Part shown: positions 33,372 to 37,062 of the stretch, piece by piece
How positions within the stretch are numbered: the first letter of the stretch is position 1
Layout: every line of letters begins with the position of its first letter
From: Nanobdellota archaeon
Lineage (GTDB): Archaea > Nanobdellota > Nanobdellia > Pacearchaeales > GW2011-AR1
Direction: 5' to 3'
NCBI GenBank assembly: GCA_038045165.1
Contig: JBBSYR010000057.1
Span: 1 to 37,062 of the forward strand
Length of the DNA: 37,062 nucleotides
Made by a program: the position numbers and the translations under genes
The notes under the pieces: generated by a model
Told to the model about the DNA's origin: nothing
The model's database searches: none
What the model saw: only the letters and a program-made list of their open reading frames with translations

Positions 33372-33911
33372 ATGAAAAAAGAAATTATAGAATCCGCAGA
33401 TATTCCAGAAGGCACAACTTGCAGATTTTCAGATTCAATCCTCTTCTGCAAGAAAGATTCATTAGAACTCTCTAAGAAGTTTAAACTCCCAAAAGTAGAA
33501 ATCGAAGTCAAAGGCTCTAAAATAATTTTATCATCTAAAAAAGGAAGCAAGAAAGAGTTTAAAATGATAAAATCAGCAATCGCCCACATAAAAAATATCT
33601 TCAAAGGGCTAAAGAATAAATTTACTTATCACCTCGAAGCGTGCAATCTTCATTTTCCAATGATTCTTAAAGTTGAGAAAGATGAATTAGTAATAAATAA
33701 TTTTTTAGGAGAAAAAGTTCCAAGGCGTGCAAAAATTAGGCCAAAAGTAGAAATTGATGTCAAAGGTTATAAGATTACTCTAACTTCTAATGACCGGGAA
33801 GCTGCAGGGCAGACTGCTGCAAACATAGAAAAAGCTACAAAAATCAGTTATAGGGACAGAAGAATTTTTCAAGATGGGATTTTCATTACAGAAAAACCGG
33901 AGGATAAATAA
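33372..33911 (+). CDS. rpl6: 50S ribosomal protein uL6
   Basis: Two-repeat uL6 layout (VEIEVKGSKIILSS / VEIDVKGYKITLTS), plus synteny. Confidence 0.9.
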   Translation: MKKEIIESADIPEGTTCRFSDSILFCKKDSLELSKKFKLPKVEIEVKGSKIILSSKKGSKKEFKMIKSAIAHIKNIFKGLKNKFTYHLEACNLHFPMILKVEKDELVINNFLGEKVPRRAKIRPKVEIDVKGYKITLTSNDREAAGQTAANIEKATKISYRDRRIFQDGIFITEKPEDK

Positions 33912-34261
33912 TGCCCAAGCAATTTTTAAGAGCAGACACATTCAGGTATAAAAGAATTGGAAAAAATAGACCAAAGCTTCAGAAATGGAGAAGACCGAGG
34001 GGCAAGCATAATAAGCTCAGATTAAAAAGAACAGGGCATCCAGCATGCCCTTCAATTGGATATGGAACAAAAAGGGTCAATTCAGGAAAAATTTTAGGTT
34101 TCAAGCCAATATTAATAAATAATCTTAAAGAGCTCGAAAAAATCGGCAAAGACAACGCAATAATCATCTCTAAGAGAATTGGAGCAAAAAATAAATTAGA
34201 AATAATTAAAATTGCAGAAGGCAGAAAAATAAAAATCTTAAATTTAGGAGCTAAAAAATGA
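33911..34261 (+). CDS. rpl32e: 50S ribosomal protein eL32
   Basis: WRRPRGKHNKLR...GHP..PSIGYG, plus synteny. Confidence 0.9.
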   Translation: MPKQFLRADTFRYKRIGKNRPKLQKWRRPRGKHNKLRLKRTGHPACPSIGYGTKRVNSGKILGFKPILINNLKELEKIGKDNAIIISKRIGAKNKLEIIKIAEGRKIKILNLGAKK

Positions 34262-34665
34262 ATCTCGGAAAGAAAAAAATACTTGCAGCAAGAACACTCG
34301 GAGTCGGGAAGGATAGGATAGTTTTTAACATAAAAAGGCTAAGCGACATAAAAGAAGCAATAACAAAACAGGATATCAGGGATTTATTAAACGCTCACGC
34401 TATTTTTGTTAAAGAGCCAAAGGGAAGAAAGACAAAAGTTAAGAAAAGAAGCAGAAGAAGAGCAGGAAGCATAAGAAAAAAAATAAAAGGCGGAAAAAGA
34501 GAATATATAATTTTAACAAGAAAGCTTAGGGCGCATCTCGCTGAATTAAAGAGAAAAGGCGAAATCACTCCGGAAAAACTTCTAAAAATGAGAAGAGAGA
34601 TAAAATCACATGCCTTTAAAAGCAAGGCGCACATGAAGGAGGTTATTTCACATAAAGCAAAATGA
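34258..34665 (+). CDS. rpl19e: 50S ribosomal protein eL19
   Basis: KKKILAARTLGVGKDRIVF...RRRAGSIRKK, plus synteny. Confidence 0.9.
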   Translation: MNLGKKKILAARTLGVGKDRIVFNIKRLSDIKEAITKQDIRDLLNAHAIFVKEPKGRKTKVKKRSRRRAGSIRKKIKGGKREYIILTRKLRAHLAELKRKGEITPEKLLKMRREIKSHAFKSKAHMKEVISHKAK

Positions 34666-35138
34666 GAGCAGTATTAAAACGAAGAAGACTTGAAGCAAAA
34701 ACAGACTACCATGCAAGAGTTTCATTGTTAAAGTCAGTCAAACCGAGGTTAGTCATTAGAAAAACAAATAGGTATATAATTGCTCAATTTGTTGAATCAA
34801 AATTAGCACAGGATAAGATAATCTTAGGAGTTACCTCAAAAGATCTTCTCCAAAAAGGCTGGCCAAAAGAAAATGCGGGAAGTTTAAAAAGCAGGGCAGC
34901 TGCATATTTAACAGGCGTCATGCTTGCAAAAAAAGCAGCAGGAAAAATAAAAGAAGCAATATTTGACTTAGGATTGCAAAGAAATGTTAAAAAATCCAGA
35001 ATTTATTCTGCTCTTAAAGGAGTTATTGACGGCGGAGTCAAGATACCTTGCACTGAAGAATCGCTTCCCTCCCAAGAAAGCATTGATTTAAACGAAAAAG
35101 TCGGAAGTTTAATAAATAAATTAAAATCAAAATTATAA
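34662..35138 (+). CDS. rpl18: 50S ribosomal protein uL18
   Basis: RLVIRKTNRYIIAQFV....AAAYLTG, plus synteny. Confidence 0.9.
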   Translation: MRAVLKRRRLEAKTDYHARVSLLKSVKPRLVIRKTNRYIIAQFVESKLAQDKIILGVTSKDLLQKGWPKENAGSLKSRAAAYLTGVMLAKKAAGKIKEAIFDLGLQRNVKKSRIYSALKGVIDGGVKIPCTEESLPSQESIDLNEKVGSLINKLKSKL

Positions 35139-35139
35139 A

Positions 35140-35451
35140 ATGGAAACACTAAAAAATATTTTCGAGTTACGCGCACAATGGAATGAAGGAGATAGATTCA
35201 GAGTTGATGGTATAGCATACTCCTTTCACGGAGGAGTTGATAAAGGCGTATTAGCTATATCTAAACAAAATGATGATTGTTATGTTGAGGTTATTATTCA
35301 AGAGCCAAAGGGAACAGATATAAATAATTTAACTGGAAGAATAACATCTCCACAACTTATTAGAAGACATGTTGCTCAACATGATATGGCAAGTTTTGAT
35401 TTCTATGATGGGATATGGAATGCTTCTTCAAGAGAGGAGGTCACAGCATAA
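35140..35451 (+). CDS. ORFan C (103 aa) inserted between uL18 and uS5
   Basis: The ORF fills the gap exactly, with TAA-A-ATG junctions on both sides. Its last codons carry the GGAGG that serves uS5. No recognisable motif. Confidence 0.6.
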   Translation: METLKNIFELRAQWNEGDRFRVDGIAYSFHGGVDKGVLAISKQNDDCYVEVIIQEPKGTDINNLTGRITSPQLIRRHVAQHDMASFDFYDGIWNASSREEVTA

Positions 35452-35452
35452 A

Positions 35453-36271
35453 ATGGCAGAAAAAGAAACAAAAAACAAGCCGAAAGATTTGATTGAAGCT
35501 GTTCCAGAAGAATTGTCCAAAATAGACTTGAATAAACTTATAGGCGAGGAAGCAGCAGAAGCTCCAAAAGAAGTCAAAAGGCTCACTTCAAGCGAAAGAA
35601 GAGCTATTCAAGAAGTAGAAGCAAGAGAAAGGGCCCTTGAATCATGGGTTCCCAAGACGCAATTAGGCAAAGATGTCAAGGCGGGCAAAGAAAAAGATAT
35701 AGATAAAATTCTTGCATCAGGAAAAAAAATACTCGAGTTCCAGATAGTTGAATCTTTACTAAAATTAGAAAATGACTTGCTCTTAGTTGGCCAGGCAAAA
35801 GGAAAATTTGGCGGCGGAAAAAGAAGAGCATGGCGCCAGACGCAAAAGAAAACAATGGAAGGCAATGTCGTTACTTTTTCATGCATGGCAGTTGTCGGAG
35901 ATAAAAAAGGGCATGTAGGCGTAGGCATAGGAAGAGCAAAAGAAACTCTGCCTTCAAGAGAAAAAGCATTTAGAAAAGCAAAATTGAATGTAATCAAAGT
36001 TACAATAGGATACGAATCTCCCGAAGAAAAAGGAAATGAACCTCACACAGTCCCATTCATTGTCCAAGGCAAATGCGGCAGCGTAAGAATAAAACTTATT
36101 CCAGCGCCCCGTGGAACAGGGCTGGTTGTCGGAGATGAATGCAAAAAAATTCTAAGGCTTGCAGGAATAAAAGATGTCTATGGCGTAACGCGCGGTCAGA
36201 CAAGAACAACTATAAATGTCGCAAATGCCTGTATAGATGCGCTAACTAAAACAAATAAAATGAAAATATGA
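35453..36271 (+). CDS. rps5: 30S ribosomal protein uS5 (with an N-terminal acidic/K-rich extension)
   Basis: WVPKTQLGK...FSCMAVVGDKKGHVGVGIGRAKE...GTGLVVGD. Track start 35369 is rejected because it overlaps ORFan C. Confidence 0.93.
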   Translation: MAEKETKNKPKDLIEAVPEELSKIDLNKLIGEEAAEAPKEVKRLTSSERRAIQEVEARERALESWVPKTQLGKDVKAGKEKDIDKILASGKKILEFQIVESLLKLENDLLLVGQAKGKFGGGKRRAWRQTQKKTMEGNVVTFSCMAVVGDKKGHVGVGIGRAKETLPSREKAFRKAKLNVIKVTIGYESPEEKGNEPHTVPFIVQGKCGSVRIKLIPAPRGTGLVVGDECKKILRLAGIKDVYGVTRGQTRTTINVANACIDALTKTNKMKI

Positions 36272-36684
36272 TACTTATAATAAGAATTTCAGGGCTTGTA
36301 GAAATGCCTAGCAATGCGCAGGAAACATTGTTTAGAATGCGCCTTAGAAGAAAATACTCTGCTGTTTTAATAAAAGATACTTCTGAAAATAAAAAGATTC
36401 TTCAAAAAATCAGAAACTTCGTTGCATATGGTCCGATAAATCAAGAGACGCTAATTCAGCTAATTGAAAAAAGGGCGCAAGTTATCGGAAACAATAAAAT
36501 AGATTCTGCAAAAATCACAGAGCAATTGGAAAAAGGCAGGACTGAGGATTTGGGCATCAAACCTTTCTTCAGGCTTCATCCGCCAAGAGGAGGCATTGAT
36601 TCAAAGACGCATTTTCCAATAAGAAAAGGAGTTCTCGGTGACAACAAAGAAAAAATTAATGATTTGGTTAGGAGGATGTTGTAA
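36268..36684 (+). CDS. rpl30: 50S ribosomal protein uL30
   Basis: IIRISGLVEMPSNAQETLFRMRLRRKYSAVLI, plus synteny. Confidence 0.9.
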   Translation: MILIIRISGLVEMPSNAQETLFRMRLRRKYSAVLIKDTSENKKILQKIRNFVAYGPINQETLIQLIEKRAQVIGNNKIDSAKITEQLEKGRTEDLGIKPFFRLHPPRGGIDSKTHFPIRKGVLGDNKEKINDLVRRML

Positions 36685-36685
36685 G

Positions 36686-37062
36686 ATGGAATGGAAAGAA
36701 TTCGATAGGGGAGTTTTTTTAGTGAATGTGCTTGGAATAGTTTTTGACACAAGTAAAAAGAAGATTCTTATAGGTAAAAGAGAAAACGATAGGCACATCA
36801 AAGAGTTAACATGGTGTTTCCCAGGAGGTAGGCCAGAATACGGCGAAGAATTGGAAGATTCCCTAAAAAGTGAAATAAAAAAGAAAACTGGACTTAAAGT
36901 CGAAAGTCTAGGAGCAGTATTTGCAAAAGCATATCCGGAGAAAAAAGAATTTCTTTCAATATATTATTTATGTGAAGTTATAGGTGGAAAAGAAAAAGCA
37001 GGTGAAAAATTTTCTGAACTAAAATGGGTTTCTATAGATGAGCTGCAAAAATATTTTACAAC
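36686..37062 (+). CDS. Nudix-fold protein with a degenerate Nudix box (partial, runs off the window)
   Basis: My own translation from ATG 36686: MEWKEFDRGVFLVNVLGIVFD...FPGGRPEYGEELEDSLKSEIKKKTGL. It fits Gx5Ex7-(R>S)E-U-x-(EE>KK)-x-G-U. Coupled to uL30 by TAA-G-ATG. Confidence 0.65.
   Translation, partial: MEWKEFDRGVFLVNVLGIVFDTSKKKILIGKRENDRHIKELTWCFPGGRPEYGEELEDSLKSEIKKKTGLKVESLGAVFAKAYPEKKEFLSIYYLCEVIGGKEKAGEKFSELKWVSIDELQKYFT

Noticed and set aside
26622-35452. N-terminally extended track ORFs for uL2 (26622), uL22 (27758), uS17 (29712), ORFan B (30363), uL24 (31153), uS8 (32961) and uS5 (35369)
   Set aside because: Each extension overlaps the preceding gene and encodes non-conserved sequence. 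In every case an internal ATG sits at a standard stop/start junction and yields the expected conserved N-terminus.
417-36801. Numerous 60-150-aa ORFs antisense to, or out of frame with, confident genes (for example 417..653, 2942..3307, 5205..5492, 10663..11001, 15605..15967, 20614..21063, 22779..23045, 32379..32747, 35608..35997)
   Set aside because: They are shadow ORFs inside well-supported genes, with low-complexity or hydrophobic translations and no promoter or SD signals.

Overview
This is an AT-rich archaeal contig, roughly one-third GC by eye. Its gene content and compact layout suggest a small-genome DPANN-type archaeon (inference only). No searches were run; all calls rest on motifs, synteny and reading the sequence by hand.

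Gene content, left to right:
- A minus-strand operon encoding a YbaK-type deacylase, a secreted SNase+lamin-tail nuclease and a membrane-anchored protein.
- trxB.
- An SRP (7S) RNA with its own TATA box and T-run.
- A surface locus (4335..14977) with two class-III-signal pilin-like genes, two paralogous adhesin-like proteins whose modules are in swapped order, and an 882-aa PKD-like surface protein. This locus encloses mre11-rad50.
- A GTPase / DUF2073-like / Zn-ribbon triad, followed by the CCA-adding enzyme.
- A 6.4-kb segment bracketed by 97/92-nt inverted repeats. It carries a presenilin-type protease, a repeat protein with a 42-bp tandem array coupled to a TrmB regulator, aCPSF1/FttA and proteasome beta.
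- A 12.4-kb ribosomal-protein operon (uL3 to uL30) with very tight gene junctions.

Best candidates for something undescribed:
1. Three unrecognisable ORFs inserted at two positions inside the ribosomal operon, using the same stop/start junction style as the core genes.
2. The recombining, domain-shuffled pilin/adhesin locus around mre11-rad50.
3. The structured inverted-repeat element pair.
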